Assembly (NCBI GenBank): GCA_951406725.2
Contig: OX597817.1
Span: forward strand, 175,398,001 to 175,462,000
Direction of reading: 5' to 3'
From: Octopus vulgaris
Lineage: Eukaryota
Length of the DNA stretch: 64,000 nt
How positions within the stretch are numbered: position 1 is the stretch's first letter; each line of letters opens with the position of its first letter. Positions 40,092 through 54,817 of the stretch are shown here, in pieces. The position numbers and the translations under genes are program-made. The notes under the pieces were generated by a model, which worked only from the letters and a program-made list of their open reading frames with translations, ran no database searches and was not told the origin of the DNA.

Positions 40092-40619
40092 CAGCGGCGG
40101 AGCTAAAAGGGGAACAGGGGGACCGACCGCTCCTCACGAGCACATTTTTCAAAATTGACGCCTTTTCAACAATTCCTTTTAACTCTTTTCTTCACTTTTG
40201 CAATGAAAGCTGAATTTTCTTTTTTTTCTTTGTAAATCACATGACTTTGGAAGAACTTTCTGGAGTTATTACTGTATTTGACCAATCTCCTGTGTTTTTG
40301 AACTGTCTGTTCAATCTCCTGCGATGTGTTGGTGGCCGCTAACATCCGAAGAAGCAGGACAAACCCTGACGTCATAACCTCTCGACGCTGGACGATCCAG
40401 TGGAGTTTCATCTTTTTCACGTCACAAACTATATCAGTAGTTGTGAGTTTCATACACAATGACAAGAAATGAATGAATGTAGAATACATTTATGTAGAGA
40501 TTAGCTAAGGAAATATTTCGCGTAATATGAGACGAATGAATTAAAAATTATCTTGTATGTGTCACAGCGCCTTTTTTATGCGCTCATCCCATTAATTTTA
40601 GAACCTGACTACGCCTCTG
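40092..40619. mobile_element. hAT-type MITE
   Basis: Termini CAGCGGCGGAG / CTACGCCTCTG. The flanking 8-mers tacgcata (40084-40091) and tgtgcata (40620-40627) look like a decayed 8-bp TSD. Confidence 0.72.
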
Positions 40620-40624
40620 TGTGC

Positions 40625-40672
<48 letters not shown>

Positions 40673-40683
40673 TTTGTCTTAAT

Positions 40684-40728
<45 letters not shown>

Positions 40729-40931
40729 TTTTACACTTCTACTTGTTTCAGTCATTTGACACCGCCTTTAGTCGAACAAATCGACCCCAGGACTTATTAT
40801 TTGTAAACCTAGTACTTATTCTATCGGTCTCTTTTGCCGAACAGCTAAGTGACGGGGACATGAACACACCAGCATCGGTTGTCAAGCGATGTTGGGGGAA
40901 CAAACCATGTGGCTGGTAAGCAAGCTACTTG

Positions 40932-40974
<43 letters not shown>

Positions 40975-41469
40975 CATGTTATGTAGTTAATTTCGCCGAA
41001 TTGTAGCAAGTGAGCAATGAAAAAAATTGTTAGTAAAAGAAATGAGGGTGATAATTTAAAATGTTTGAGAAGCAGAGGTAAAGAGTAAGCATTATACACC
41101 AATAAACCCTAGAATTGATTGGTACTTTATTTTATGAATCTCAGAAGGATGAAAGACAAATTTGACCTCGTCACTATTGTGAACTCAGAACGCAAACGTA
41201 GGCAACTAATCATCATAGAGTGTTTCGTCGATCGCTCCACCGATTTTTATTCTTTATCACTTGATCACTTTATAAAGAACTAAGATGTACACAAATACTG
41301 AAGGCAAAAAATTATTTCTTGTCAGTAAATGCAAATATTTGCGTTATATTCGTATAGAAGTGTGAAAAACTTATGGTCTAGTGCTTAGCGTGTTCGTCCT
41401 TATTGCAGGAGAGATTTTTTTAATCTCTCAAACGGTAACGCCAGAGAAATAAAAAACACAAACTTTTCA

Positions 41470-41505
41470 TTACCTGAAGCAGTACTTTGTCTGAAACGTC
41501 GGTAA
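41470..41505 (+). ncRNA. Decayed minimal HHR-like motif downstream of a tRNA-like A box
   Basis: ttac-CTGAAGC-agtactttgtct-GAAA-cg-TC-ggtaa; A-box-like TGGTCTAGTGC at 41374-41384. Confidence 0.4.
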
Positions 41506-41698
41506 CTCTCCTTATAATGGCATACCAGTTTAATTTTTCTCTTATACCAATAAACACAATTTTTGGCAAGGTAGGCCTCTACAAGTTTCCTGAATTCTGG
41601 TTTTCACACACGTACACACACACACATACACACACATATATCTTTGCTACTCGACACACACACATATATACGTATATATATATATATATATATATATA

Positions 41699-41749
<51 letters not shown>

Positions 41750-42358
41750 AAGTCTGTTACAAAACGAGAAAAGCAAAATATTCTTATCAAATTCAGTCAA
41801 CTGATAGATGCGAATTTCGCTTCCAAATTCAACGGAAAGGAAAACTTTATTAGATTTGCTTTCAGAATCTACAGGATTATAACGTGATTATGGGTTCACA
41901 TTTCTATCAATAATCACTGGCTCACGTCTTTGGCATCATAAATGTAACCCTTGAAAAGTTAAATTTCCTGTTAAAGGAAAAGAATATATCAACGAAACAT
42001 TTCTGAGTTATATGTATCCTGTCGATTTAATTTGACACGGAACTGGAGAAATATGCACAATATTTTACGAAGTCCATCCAAAAATGATATTAGTTTAATC
42101 TTGCTAGAGTTATTGTATAAGAAAGATATATTATCGAATTTTATCGAAGACCTAGGCCTATATTTATTTACTGTTCCATGAAAATTGATTTTTAATATAG
42201 CCACAAGGTAACGAATTTATATGAGAAATAAGGTTTGGCGATTTAATGAATCTAGAAAATAAAATTCAAAGAGAAAAAGTGTTGCAGTACACAAATCATA
42301 CATATATGCCCGTATGTACGAATGCTTGTACGTCTGTACGTACATATGAATGTATCCG

Positions 42359-42477
<119 letters not shown>

Positions 42478-43069
42478 TAATCAATTACTTTATCTTTCTA
42501 TCTGTCTGTCTGATGTCTGTGTACACATTAGTGTGTTGGGTTCATAAAAATAAGACAGCTGGTTCGATTACCGGAATGGGCGGGACATTATCTCCGTAAG
42601 TTACGCATTCCATTTTACATTACTCCAGTCTACTCAGCTGAGCGCAAGTCCCGACCCAGCGACTGTGCTGCTCATCTCTCTCTCTCTCTCTCTCAAGACA
42701 TCTTGGTTCTTCCCCTGGGCTAAGCGTTACAGGGCCAAGAGAATGTCTTTGCCAGCTCGGAATTATATTGGCACCTAAAACAATTAGTGAAAACGTAGTA
42801 CATAGTACATGGTAGCGAGTCCTAATTGCGAGGGACAGCAGCTATACTTCGGTTACCTGTCTGCTGCCAGCACACACGAGCGCGCGTGCATACATTCAGT
42901 AATAAAACACATATGTACTCCTGAAGGTACACCACGATCAGTCTTAGCAAGGATTCGTTCTCTAAACGTGCTAATCAAATATTGAACGAATACACAGAAA
43001 GAGAGCCAACCACAGATGTGCAGACACAGACACACAAACATATACACGTACATACATACATATATATAT

Positions 43070-43250
43070 ATATATATACATACATACGACGGACTTCTTT
43101 CAGTTTCCGTCTACTAAGTCCACTCACAAGGCTTTGGTCGGTTCGAAGCTATAGTAGAAGACACTTGCCCAAGGTGCTAGGCAGTGGGACTGAACCCAGA
43201 ACCATGTGGTTGGTAAGCAAGCTACTTACCACATAGCCACTCCTACGCCT
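43070..43250 (-). mobile_element. SINE family B 5' half
   Basis: Diagnostic head and CORE-like block. Confidence 0.88.
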
Positions 43251-43734
43251 ATATATTAAAAAAATCCTATTGTATTTTTATAATTAACTATTATTAGGAA
43301 TTGTATGAAAAATTGAAATATTTTCTATATTGAAGAAATATAAGCAATTTATTGCAGATAAATTTTAATAGCAAAATTTTATATGGACCGCCAAGGACCA
43401 AAAGGACCCCAGTTGAGAATCGCTGTACTAAAAGGCACAAGGCTTGAAATTTGTGGGGAGGAGTTAGTCGATCGCAGAGACCCCACTGCTCAACTGATAC
43501 TTATATCATCAACTTCGAAAGGATGGAAGGCAAAGTCAGCCTTAGTGAAATTTCGCTTTGTCATTCACGACTGACATTGATATCATGTCACCAAACCCTG
43601 CAATATTACTTAAATCAACAGTTATCGAAATATTCCGTCAATTTAATTTTCTCTTATATTGAATTCAAAATCTCTTTAGGTGCTTTCGAATAGTATGAAA
43701 AATGAATGTAAAAAACAAATATAACACCATCAGT

Positions 43735-43930
43735 CGCCATGATAGATCAGTAGCCACTACACACATTTTTTTCCTCTCCTTGTTTTTTTTTTCTTTGTGT
43801 CCCTTTCTGTAGAAGAGTGTAGGCTCGAAAGGTAAAATACTTTTTTCTATTCCTGAGCGTTATACTAACACATGTGTTTGTTTTGTACACCACCTGTCTT
43901 CGTCTTTTGTTTTTTGTCGTGAACTCTATC
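43735..43930 (+). mobile_element. HHR-like short element, same family as 58678-59130
   Basis: cgccatgatagatc...cttt-CTGTAGA-a-gagt[gtag]gctc-GAAA-gg-TA-aaat (motif at 43803-43838). Confidence 0.65.
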
Positions 43931-45189
43931 TGTTTTGTCGTGAACATCTGTCTGGGTAGAAATCCATCAGAACTTAATTTATTTCGAAAGGGATTCCCGT
44001 GGGCAAAAACGTGCGAACAAACTTTCAAATGGATGTGTGCTAGGTAAGAGACCTTTTTTGCAGGATTGCAGGGAGAATGGATGGTAGTCATGGTTATTCC
44101 TAGTCAAGGATGGCTGTAGGAAATGTCCTGCCCAGTAGGTGGGGGGGGGGGGGCTTACAGCTATTGGAATAAGCAGGCACCTTTCGTTATTACAAAAATG
44201 GCTGCTATTTCATTACTTTTAGTCAGTTGAATTTCAAATGATAGAGTTGACCTGGGTTAAACAACAATAGCGACAACAGCAGAAGCAGCAACGATAACAA
44301 CAACAACAACAGTAACAGATTTTATTAAAAATGCGTTACTCGAAGACGATGTCCAATAATGTATTTGCAATACCAGAACTGTTACCAAGATTTTAAGTGT
44401 ATAGAGAAAACTCACACTATTGATATTAAAATCAGCCAGTTCTAGCATAAATTGGAAACCCCATAAATAGATAAATAGTCACAGCAACATATTCTGTTTC
44501 AGAATAAAATTCAAGGAAAGCGACATACGATTAGTGAGGACAGCTCTTCAATATCATATCGTATCATTCTAACGGCATTCACTGAGAAAATTGATATCGA
44601 TCCTGGGCCTAAATTATCTTAAGAAAACAAAGTACTATGTGTCATTCAAATACTATGTATTATTATCAGTACCACTAAGATTAAATAACCAACAACAAAA
44701 CATAATAATGAATCGACATGCTCTAATTTAAAAAAAAAAAGTCGTTGAAAGAGGTATACGACTGGTTTGGACAGTCTTTCAATGTCAGATATCAATCAGA
44801 CGAAACTGAGAAAATAATAACGGTGTTTGGGCCTATATAATACACTTTAAAATACAGTGTATTATATGAATACCATACCACGTATTATGAGTACCCGTCA
44901 TTTTATTATTGAATTTAGTGAAAAAAGTGTGTATTATACATGTAGATTTACGGTACATAGAAACATATAGATCAACTAAACGCTCAAAGTGATGAGAGTA
45001 ACATTCTGCGAGTCATAAGTAAAAAAAAAAAAAAAGAACCCAATAAATACACTTTGGAGCGGTTTCATGCCATTTCAGAACAGCTGGAGGGATCTACTTA
45101 TTGGAACCTCTAAATGGTCGCTCAACAAGCTAGATAGAGCAGCCAAATCTCACCTCATAATATTCTATATCTTCATAATTTTTTATATG

Positions 45190-46665
45190 GTGAACCCATT
45201 AAACTAAGCAAAGAGAATATCTGTCATGTTATTCTTTATGAGTTTGATTGAGATTCTAATGCAAACGAAGCAGCCAAAAATATTGAAAGGTCTTCTCGTC
45301 AAGATGTACCGAGTGAAAAAAACTTGTAGAAGTTGTTTTGAAGAATTCAGATGTGGCAGTTTCAATTTGCTTCATAACCCCAGATCGAGACGTCTTTCCG
45401 AATGGGATGACGAAATTCTAAAGGTAGAACTTGCAAGAAATTCCGCCGTGGCGGTGAGAGAGCTTTCCAATGAATTTAATCATAGCTTTATGACTATTCA
45501 TCGTGGCACTCCGTCGTTTACGACGACGAGGGTTCCGGCTGATCCGAATCAACGGAACAGCGTGCTCATGAAATTAACGTGCAAGTGGCTGAGCACTCCA
45601 CAGAAAAGTGTGCCCTTAACGTAGTTCTCGGGGATGTTCAGCGTGACACAGAGAGTGACAAGGCTGGCCCTTTGAAATACAGGTACACAGAAACAGTAAG
45701 AAAGAGAGAAAGTTGTGGCGAAAGAATACAGCTGGGTTCGCCACCATTCCCTGTCGGAGCCTCGTGGAGCTTTAGGTGTTTTCGCTCAATATACACTCAC
45801 AACGCCCGGTCTTGGAATCGAAATCACGATCCTACGACCGCGAGTCCGCTGCCCTAACCACTGGGCCATTGCGCCTCCACTTACAATTCATAATCCTTTG
45901 AAGAAGCAAGGAAAATTGGTTCCTCACTCTTTCATTGACAAATTGTCTACAATGCATTGACTGCTGGGAATTGCTCCATACACGTAACTGCCAAGCACGT
46001 TTTAAAATCGCGTCTCGACTGGAAATGAGAACTGGATTCTTTACCGCAATATTAAGTATTTCAGACAGTGACTAAACCCGAATCTAAAACATACATACAT
46101 CCATAAGGGAAACTTCACCCAGAGAAAATTTTACTGGGTATTTGGTGGGATATGAGAGAAAGGGACTATTCATTATGAGCTCCTAGGATGGAATCAAACT
46201 ATCTCTTCTGAAATATATCAGCAATTTCACATTTTGAAGACTGCTTTGGATTGAAAACACACCGCTCTAATAAACTGCAAGAACGGTGTTCTCTTTCATA
46301 AGGATAATGCTCAACATCACAGCAAATAAATCACCGAAAATGTTCTTGAATTTTTCGGATGAGAAAACATGCTACATCCTCCATATTCCCCTGATCTTGG
46401 TCCATAAGGTTTCTTCTAATTTAGATCTTTGAAAAACCATTTAGAAAGGAAAACATAGCCGGCAGGGAATACAAAGAATTTTAATTACGTATATTGCAAT
46501 TAAAAATCCAACAAAAAGTTTTAAACCAGGCTTTAAAAACTTTGAAAAACCCTTGAGTGACGTGATAAAAAAAGAAGGAAGCCAAATTGATTATTGATGC
46601 TTAAATTTCCAGTATTAGGTATCATGTTTGTTAATTGGATACTAAAAACTGGACAGAACTTTACA
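45190..46665 (+). pseudogene. Heavily decayed mariner (DD34D-type) transposase interrupted by a SINE
   Basis: ENICHVILYEF, FRCGSFNL..PRSRR, GKLVPHS, TGNENWILY, HPEKILLGIWWD, IHYELL..NQTI, LFHKDNAQHH, LHPPYSPDLGP. Confidence 0.88.
45502..45880 (-). mobile_element. SINE family C with a probable 9-bp TSD
   Basis: Flanks actattcat (45493-45501) and acaattcat (45883-45891). Confidence 0.88.
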
Positions 46666-46707
46666 CACACACACATACACGCACACAAAGGTATGTATGT
46701 ATGTATG

Positions 46708-46744
<37 letters not shown>

Positions 46745-47287
46745 ACATTTGCATATATGCAAATAATTTTTGCCGATGTAGATTACCTCTAGTTTCCTCG
46801 ATCTCTGATTTTCTTTACAAACAGAAATAGACAGACGATTGTAAGCTCCAATATTTCTTAGACATCACCTGACATTTAAATTAATTTCAAACACTACTAA
46901 TTACAATTTGCCTTCTAACCACTTTAAGATTCTAGAAATCCATATTTCCCAATAAATATCAAAGCTGATTTGGTTTTATCATCATTTAAAAAAAAAAAAA
47001 AATTGATATATACATACATTCATGCATGAATACATGCATACACACAGACACAGACACTCGCACGCGCGTACACACACACATGGCAATGTGAGCATTATGT
47101 TTGATCTTTAGAATTCTAATTTTTAAAAAATTACGGTTATAAATGCCACAAATGATATAACTTTTGTGTAGATTTATTTAATTATCCAATCATATAACTA
47201 ACTAATTAACTAACTAGTTATGCATATATGAATATATATATATATATATATATACATATATATATACATGTGTATATACATATGTAT

Positions 47288-47325
<38 letters not shown>

Positions 47326-47386
47326 TTATATGTATGTATGTATGTATGTACGTATGTAGGTATGTATGTATGTATGTGTGCGCATG

Positions 47387-47419
<33 letters not shown>

Positions 47420-48006
47420 GTGCGCATGTATGTATGTATGTATGTATGTATGTATGTATGTATCATAAAGGTGTGAATGTCTGCAGCTATCTAGATTTCT
47501 ATGCCACACGAGCAGTGTCACAGATTGGTTTCCTCTATGCTTTGATGTAGTTTGACAGTCATTGAAGCCAGTGGAGATCCAACTAAGAACAAATTGATAT
47601 GGTAATGACACAAATTTAGATGTTCAGATATTACGTTAGAATATTTGGGATGTTAGATTTTTAATGATTCCTACATAGAAACCATAGATTTCGGCGTTGT
47701 AGTCAAGCTAACGATAGTGTCACTGTACGGCCACACGATCTGCTAGAACCAGCAACCAAATACCTTCAAATAATACCCAAACCTTCTTGAAAATATGGAC
47801 TGGCACATTTGATAATTGAAGTCTAAAATATGCAAAAAATGGTATGGTCCCACTGGAACGCGTTTGATCATATCATACATACGTCTGATAAGGACAGTTC
47901 TTGAACGAAACCACAAAAATAACAAGTGTCACTGGGACATTAGTTGCTCCTGTAGAAAGAAGAGTGACAGTCATGAAAAAAATATAAATTTTATTTCGAA
48001 AAACAG

Positions 48007-48111
<105 letters not shown>

Positions 48112-48112
48112 G

Positions 48113-49162
48113 GGCGGCGAGCTGGTAGAATCGTTAGCACGCCGGGCGAAATGCTTAGCGGTATTTCATCTGCCGCTACGTTCTGAGTTCAAATTCCGCC
48201 GAGGTCGACTTTGCCTTTCATCCTTCGGGGTTGATTAAATAAGTACCAGTTACGCACTGGGGTCGATGTAATCGACTTAATCCGTTTGTCTGTCTTTGTT
48301 CGTCCCCTTTGTGTTTAGTCCCTTGTGGATAGTAAAGAAATAGGTATTTCGTCTGCCGTTACGTTCTGAGTTCAAATTCCGCCGAGGTCGACTTTGTCTT
48401 TCATCCTTTCGCGGTCGATAAATTAAGTACCAGTCGCCGGGCCCCCTTCCTTCAAATTTCAGGCCTTGTGCCTATAGTAGAAAGGATTATTATTACTATT
48501 ATTAAAGTGAAGGCGGTGAGTTGGCAGCATCGCCGGGCAAAAGGCTTGGCGGCATTTCGTCAGTCTTTACATTCTCAGTTCAAATTCCACCGAGGTCGAC
48601 TTTGTCTTTCATTCTTTCGGGATCGATAAGTACTAGTCGAGCACTGGGGTCGATGTGATCGACTTGTCCACTCCCCGAAATTCCACGCCTTGCGCCTATA
48701 ATAGAAAGGATTATTATTATTATCATTATTAGAACGGTTGATAAGCAAAATCATTGAAGTATCGGAGAAAATGATTGACAGTATGGCAGTATTTGTTTCA
48801 GCTCTTTATGATTTAAATTCAAACCCTGCTGAGTGAGGTAAGTTTTGCCTTTCATTCTTTCGGGGTCGATAACATGGAGTACCAGTCAAGAATAATGATC
48901 AATGGTATCGAGTTACTCCCTTCCTAAGGCGGCGAGCTGGCAGAGTGGTTAGCACGCCGGGCGAAATGCTTAGCGGTTTTTCGTCTGCCGTTACGTTCTG
49001 AGTTCAAACTCCGCCGAGGTCGACTTTGCCTTTCATCCTTTCGGGGTCGATTAAATAAGTACCAGTTACGCACTGTGGTCGATATAATCGACTTAATCCG
49101 TTTGTCTGTCCTTGTTTGTCCTCTCTGTGTTTAGCCCCTTCGTGGGCAGTAAAGAAATAGGT
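48113..49162 (+). mobile_element. Head-to-tail cluster of about 5 SINE family A units after (TGT)n(TAT)n
   Basis: Heads at 48113, 48511, about 48730 and 48927; (TAT)n between units. Confidence 0.9.
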
Positions 49163-50069
49163 ATCGAGTTACTCTCTTCCTTCGAAGCTGTTGACTCTGT
49201 TTCTCAATCTGAAACAATTATTCTTGGGTGGTGGACTGGCAGGATCGTTAAAGCACCGAAGAAAATATCTGGCTGTATTTGCTGATACAGACATACATAC
49301 ACATACAACGGAATCAACAGAAAATATAATATAAAATGAATTCATGGTAAGCTGTTGAACAGTTTGAAAAGAAAAAAAAAGACCATTGAGTTGTAACAGC
49401 AAATATGGCAGCTGCGGATTGTGACAACATGACTACACAGCCAAAAAAAATAAAAAGCAAAAAAAAAAAACTGACGTTTTTCTTTTGTTAAAATCACTAC
49501 ATAGGCATAGAATTGATGTTACGGACAATATAGTGATTTCATAGATCGATATACACACAACAATCAATACTTCCCTAAATGCTCTGAATTCATGTCCTAG
49601 TTTTATGCAAAAATATTTTATCTCTGCTTCCAGTATCCCCAATTTTTTTGTATCTTCCCTAAGCTCTTGATATCGTGAATTTCTTAAGCTAACTCCATTT
49701 ATTGATACAATTTATCTTCCATCATTCATTATCCACCTGTTTTCCTATTATTTATTTGTTTATTTATTATGATATTGCTTCGTAATGTTGACATCCCCTC
49801 CCTTTACAGCTTGTGCATGTTTTGTCGAAATTACATGTTTCCTTTGATCTTTCTTTTGGTATAAGTATTATGCTTGCTTTTAAAGGCGACGGGCTGGCAG
49901 AATCGTTAGAACGTCGGACAACATGCTCAGCGGAATTTCATCTGGCTTTTCTTTCTAAGTTCAATTGCCGCTGGTATCAGCTTTGCCTTTCTTCCATTCG
50001 GGGTCAATAAAATAAGTACCAGTTGAGCACGGGGATGAATGAAATCAGCCATCCTCCTCTCCTGAAACC

Positions 50070-50343
50070 GCGACCCAACTTTTCGTCCGATGTCACTTTG
50101 TCAACATCTTTTGGTCCGACATCTTTTTGTCCGATAATTTTTTTTTTGTCCAACAACTTTTTGCCCAATTTTAATTAAACTATTTAGAAAACAAGGTGAA
50201 CATCAAAATTAAATAATCATTGAGAACTTTATCAATAGGATTTGTTGTTGGACAAAAATTATCGGACAAAAAGACATCGGACCAAAAGAAGTGGACAAAA
50301 AGACGTATGACGAAGTGACGTCGGACAAAAAGACTTGGCACCC
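50070..50343. mobile_element. Foldback-type MITE whose TIRs are built from about 15-bp subrepeats
   Basis: Left tttt(c/g/t)gtccga repeats mirrored by right tcggac(a/c)aaaag repeats. Confidence 0.75.
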
Positions 50344-51266
50344 TTGGAACTGCTAGTCTTTTGCCAAAATTTGAAATTGCTGTTGTGTTGTCTTTTTTTA
50401 TTTTTACAAAATTGTGGGAATATGTCTAAAATCTTGGAAATTCTTCCATGAATTTCACCTGTCGTTTTATCAAACATGTTACTATTTAGTTTTACCTTTA
50501 TGTTCTATATTAAAATCTTAATGTTTCTTTGACTTGTGTGAGTCCATTATAAGGTATATCAAAGGTATACCAGTGTTATTTTATTAACATCCGGTTAGAT
50601 CTCACATGCTCAGGACATCGCAAGTGCCGTAATGAATTTTGATCCTCGAGGTTTTATTGTGAAGATGGACGTGTTAAGCAGCATCTGCATAAACGAAAGC
50701 CTTCACTGTTATAGGATCAGATACATCGCATATCGGGAAATACGAGATAGTAATAAAAGAAATATGCAGTGATAACCTTTTTTTAAAGTATTTTAAAAAT
50801 GCTTTATTTTTACTGTCGACTAAACAACAAATCACATCTTAAATTATAAGAAACAGGAGGAAAAGAAAGATAAAAAAGGAAAAGAAAGAAAAAAGCTGTG
50901 GGTAAAGCAGCAGAAGATGGAGATGGAGGGGGCGATGGGCTACACACACTGGAGCAAATGCTGTGCTCTTTCATGCCCTGTAGTTATGATCGCGATGGCA
51001 TTGCCGCAGGGAGTAGCCACCGATACTCATTATATCAGACACTCCACCTCGCGGAGTTCATTTCTCAGACGGGCCGCCGTTATCTCGATTTTTGCGGAGG
51101 AAATCGGTTGTACGGGGTCCAAGAATATCTGACCCCTCGATTAACGTAAACGAGTTGATGAATTTCCAGCTCGATACATGAAAATGCATAGCAATACGGG
51201 TGAGTGTTTGTCACTGGCTTGAGAGGTTGGTTAAAGTCCTCAGAGTCAGACTTGGTTAGGCTTTTT

Positions 51267-51298
<32 letters not shown>

Positions 51299-52450
51299 CA
51301 TACACGCACACATACAAACACACACACACACACACACACAGAAATGTCTCAAGAGAAGGCTATGAGTATGGGGTTGAGATAGACTGGTGGTTACCTCCCT
51401 TGAGTCAGAGTTCATTAATGCATGACCGCCATTTGTTGACGCAAATAACAGACCAGAATTGGGAAAAAGGACATGTTCCCTTGATCAGAGAATCAGCTTA
51501 AATGAAGTGGGGTGTGGGCGCTGATTATGTGCCGGCAGGTATTGATATTTGGCAGCTTTGGTGAAAAGGTGAGTTTTGTGTATGAGATTCAAAGAGTCAG
51601 AGCAGAGTGTTTTTTTTTTCTCCAAAATTTCCACAACTTCTTTAAATGTAAACTTGATTTTAGATTGCTAAAACTGCTTTCCCACGATGAATTGGCAGAT
51701 GATCGTGAAAAAGTATTGCGGAATTAACTCTGATTCCTCGCATTCTGAGTTCAATTTACTTCTTTTCATATTTTTTCGGGATCGATAAAAAACAAAATAT
51801 CAGCCAAGTATTAATATTTATTTGTAGATGGTATCGACTCTACAACTCCTAAAAATTGTTGGTCTTGCGTCTAAGTTAGAAACCAAAACGTTGCATCTAT
51901 TCTAAAAAAATTTAACCTTAAAAAATAGAGGAATATTCTGCAGACCTTTGCGAATTCAATTTCTAAATCTCCAAATTAATGAAAAGGAAATTGAAATATT
52001 GTAATTTAAAAGAAACCACTGCCCCCCCACACCTCACAAGAAAAAAATATGCTGGTAAAAGTTTAATGCTATTCTATAATTGTGTTGTAGATACATAATG
52101 AGATTAAGTAATTTTTAACATATTGATACTAGCAGACGAACGTATATGCATGCATCACAGATATGCAATCGTTATCTATCGTTAGGAAAGAAAAAATATT
52201 AAAAGAAAATATATATCTATAGAAATCAAACTTGTATCTAATAGATAATTCACGTAACTGGGATGTATTCAATAATCTATAATTAATATAGTCATATGCA
52301 TTATTTTCCTTTTAAATGAGATTTGGAGATGAGAGTAAAATATATGTTGTACTCGATACTTCTAGATCACAAAGCGTATCTAATCCAGGAATTATCATGC
52401 AAAACGTATTGCATACACCACTGATGTATACATTTCTCTCTCTCTCCCTC

Positions 52451-52525
<75 letters not shown>

Positions 52526-52788
52526 TATATATGTGTATACATACACACACACATATATTGAAATATATATACATATACATAATATATAAATATATAGCTA
52601 TATGTGAACCTGTATATATATATATGTATGTATGTAACATTTGGTATAGTTATAAACAGGGCAAATTTTAGCTATTTCTACGCAGACTTGAAACATACAT
52701 ACATACATACATACATACATACATACATACATAGATACATACATATATATATATATATACATACATATGTATTTCAATATGCATATGT

Positions 52789-52823
<35 letters not shown>

Positions 52824-52882
52824 CCTCTTTTTATCTATTTATCTGTACATACCTGATTCATATAACGTCAATATATATGCCT

Positions 52883-52939
<57 letters not shown>

Positions 52940-53699
52940 GCTCTATGCATTAAGCAAAAATCGAAATGATACACAAAGGCATAATTTTCCTTGAAATCTA
53001 TCTAAAATTAGAGATGTTGCTGCCTCGTCTACCTTTGATCAATTACAACCTATTATCATGATTGGATTGCCTATTCATATTTCCAGTGGATTTGGGATAG
53101 AAGCTCCCAAATGTTTATACCTGGATATCCTTTGGCCTCGTTAATTTTCAAGAGTTGTACAACAATTTTTTTTTTACTCTTAGTTCTGATTTTAAATATC
53201 TACTCTATTCGCCATAAGAGGCATTATTTAGTTTTTTTCCCCTTAAAATGTATTGTTTGTTTTTTCCCTTGCTTAAAAAAACGAACAGGAATTTTAATCG
53301 ATTGAAATTACGTGTATAATTGGAAGAGAGTGAATTTGGTTTCATATGCTCCGACCTATTAAACCTCCTTAGCAAAGCACATCTAAGATACCGGTGCCAG
53401 ATAACAAAATGACTTAAAAAGTATTTGAAATGATTTCATTTGCACTAATGACCTTTCTTCTCATTACGGATATGATTTTACTCAAATTATATTTTTAGCT
53501 CGTTTCATAAAGTTTGCTATTCTACACTTTAGTATATGCTCTTAGAACAGAATATTTTAAATTGCTTTATCAACGATTTATCTTGACTCATAGCTATCGA
53601 TGATCTGCGTCATTCCACTCTGCATTTCTCCATTGAATACAGTGGCCTCCCTTGCCAACTTTGAAAACTTCTATTAATGCTGACACTTGTCATTACATA

Positions 53700-54016
53700 T
53701 TTGTTTTTGTTGTTTTGTTTGTTCCTTCTCGAGCTACGCCTGGCTCATAAGGGCCGGTTTCCCAGTTTCCCTGGCGTATAGGTCCCCCACCTGGACGGGA
53801 CACCGGTCCGTCGCAGGTGAGCTGCAAGCTACAGGAGGAAAGAGTGAGAGAAAGTTGTGGCGAAAGAATCAACAGAAGTTTGCCATTACCTTCTGCCGGA
53901 ACCGCGTGGAACTTAGGTGTTTCGCTCATAAACACACACATTGCTCGGTCTGAGATTCGAACCCACAATCCCTCGACCGCGAGTCCGCTGCTCTAACCAC
54001 TAGGCCATGTGCCTTC
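53700..54016 (-). mobile_element. SINE family C variant
   Basis: Reverse head tggcctagtggttagagcagcggactcgcggtcg...ggttcgaatctc. Confidence 0.85.
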
Positions 54017-54019
54017 ATC

Positions 54020-54779
54020 TCATTACATGTTGGGCACGTTTTATCAGTATTTCTTAGGGATTTATCATTTCTATACACTAACATAATCGGGCTTGCATCT
54101 CCAACTTCTTTGTTATAGTCACACCATTTCGGCCGTTGCATCATCCGAGTGTCTTCAAACGTTTGTCGTATTCAGTAAGGCTCTCGGAATCTATTGTTGA
54201 ATCGTTTATTAGATCCATGGGGATAAATTGATCTTATTCCGTTGTCCATATCAGTGATATTCCCCTAATTAGTTGTCCTCCTATTTGTGATGTCACTGGT
54301 TTGCTTCGCTTTGAACCAAACATGTGTAGTTTATATGACACATCATTTGAACTCAAGCCTACTTGCTAAACTACTACAATTAACAGTTACATTAATTTTC
54401 TAAATATCCTGTAGAGCAACTGCATAGTGAAAATTATGAACTTTAATCCTAACGTATTTTTATGGTTGCAAGTTTAAAGTTGTTCCCTTAAAGGCCCCTC
54501 TTTCAGCCTGCTTAAAAAGGTAGCATATTCCATCCAGCGTATACGCTAATTGTTTCAGTTGGTATAATTTCAACTGATTAGAAAATCTTTTAGGTTCACT
54601 ACATCAAATGCACTTTTTCCTTGTCTGTTCATGACTTTTCTTGACCTACGAATTATCACTAAAACGCATCCCACAGAAGACCATGCCCATACACAGAAAC
54701 ATTACGTCATTTATATCTTAGATTTTGATCTGAACTTTAACGATTTCATATTTATTAGCCCTTACTAGACCTTCCTTCG

Positions 54780-54817
<38 letters not shown>

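Noticed and set aside
40166-40489. 107-aa ORF as a host exon
   Set aside because: Lies inside a TIR/TSD-bounded hAT MITE and has no recognisable domain.
42725-42996. Possible solo LTR (AATAAA, ends in ACA)
   Set aside because: No clean TG start, TSD or second copy.
44818-44956. Small pogo/Tigger-like MITE
   Set aside because: Only the right end (tttacggta) is clear; the left TIR is too degenerate to support a call.
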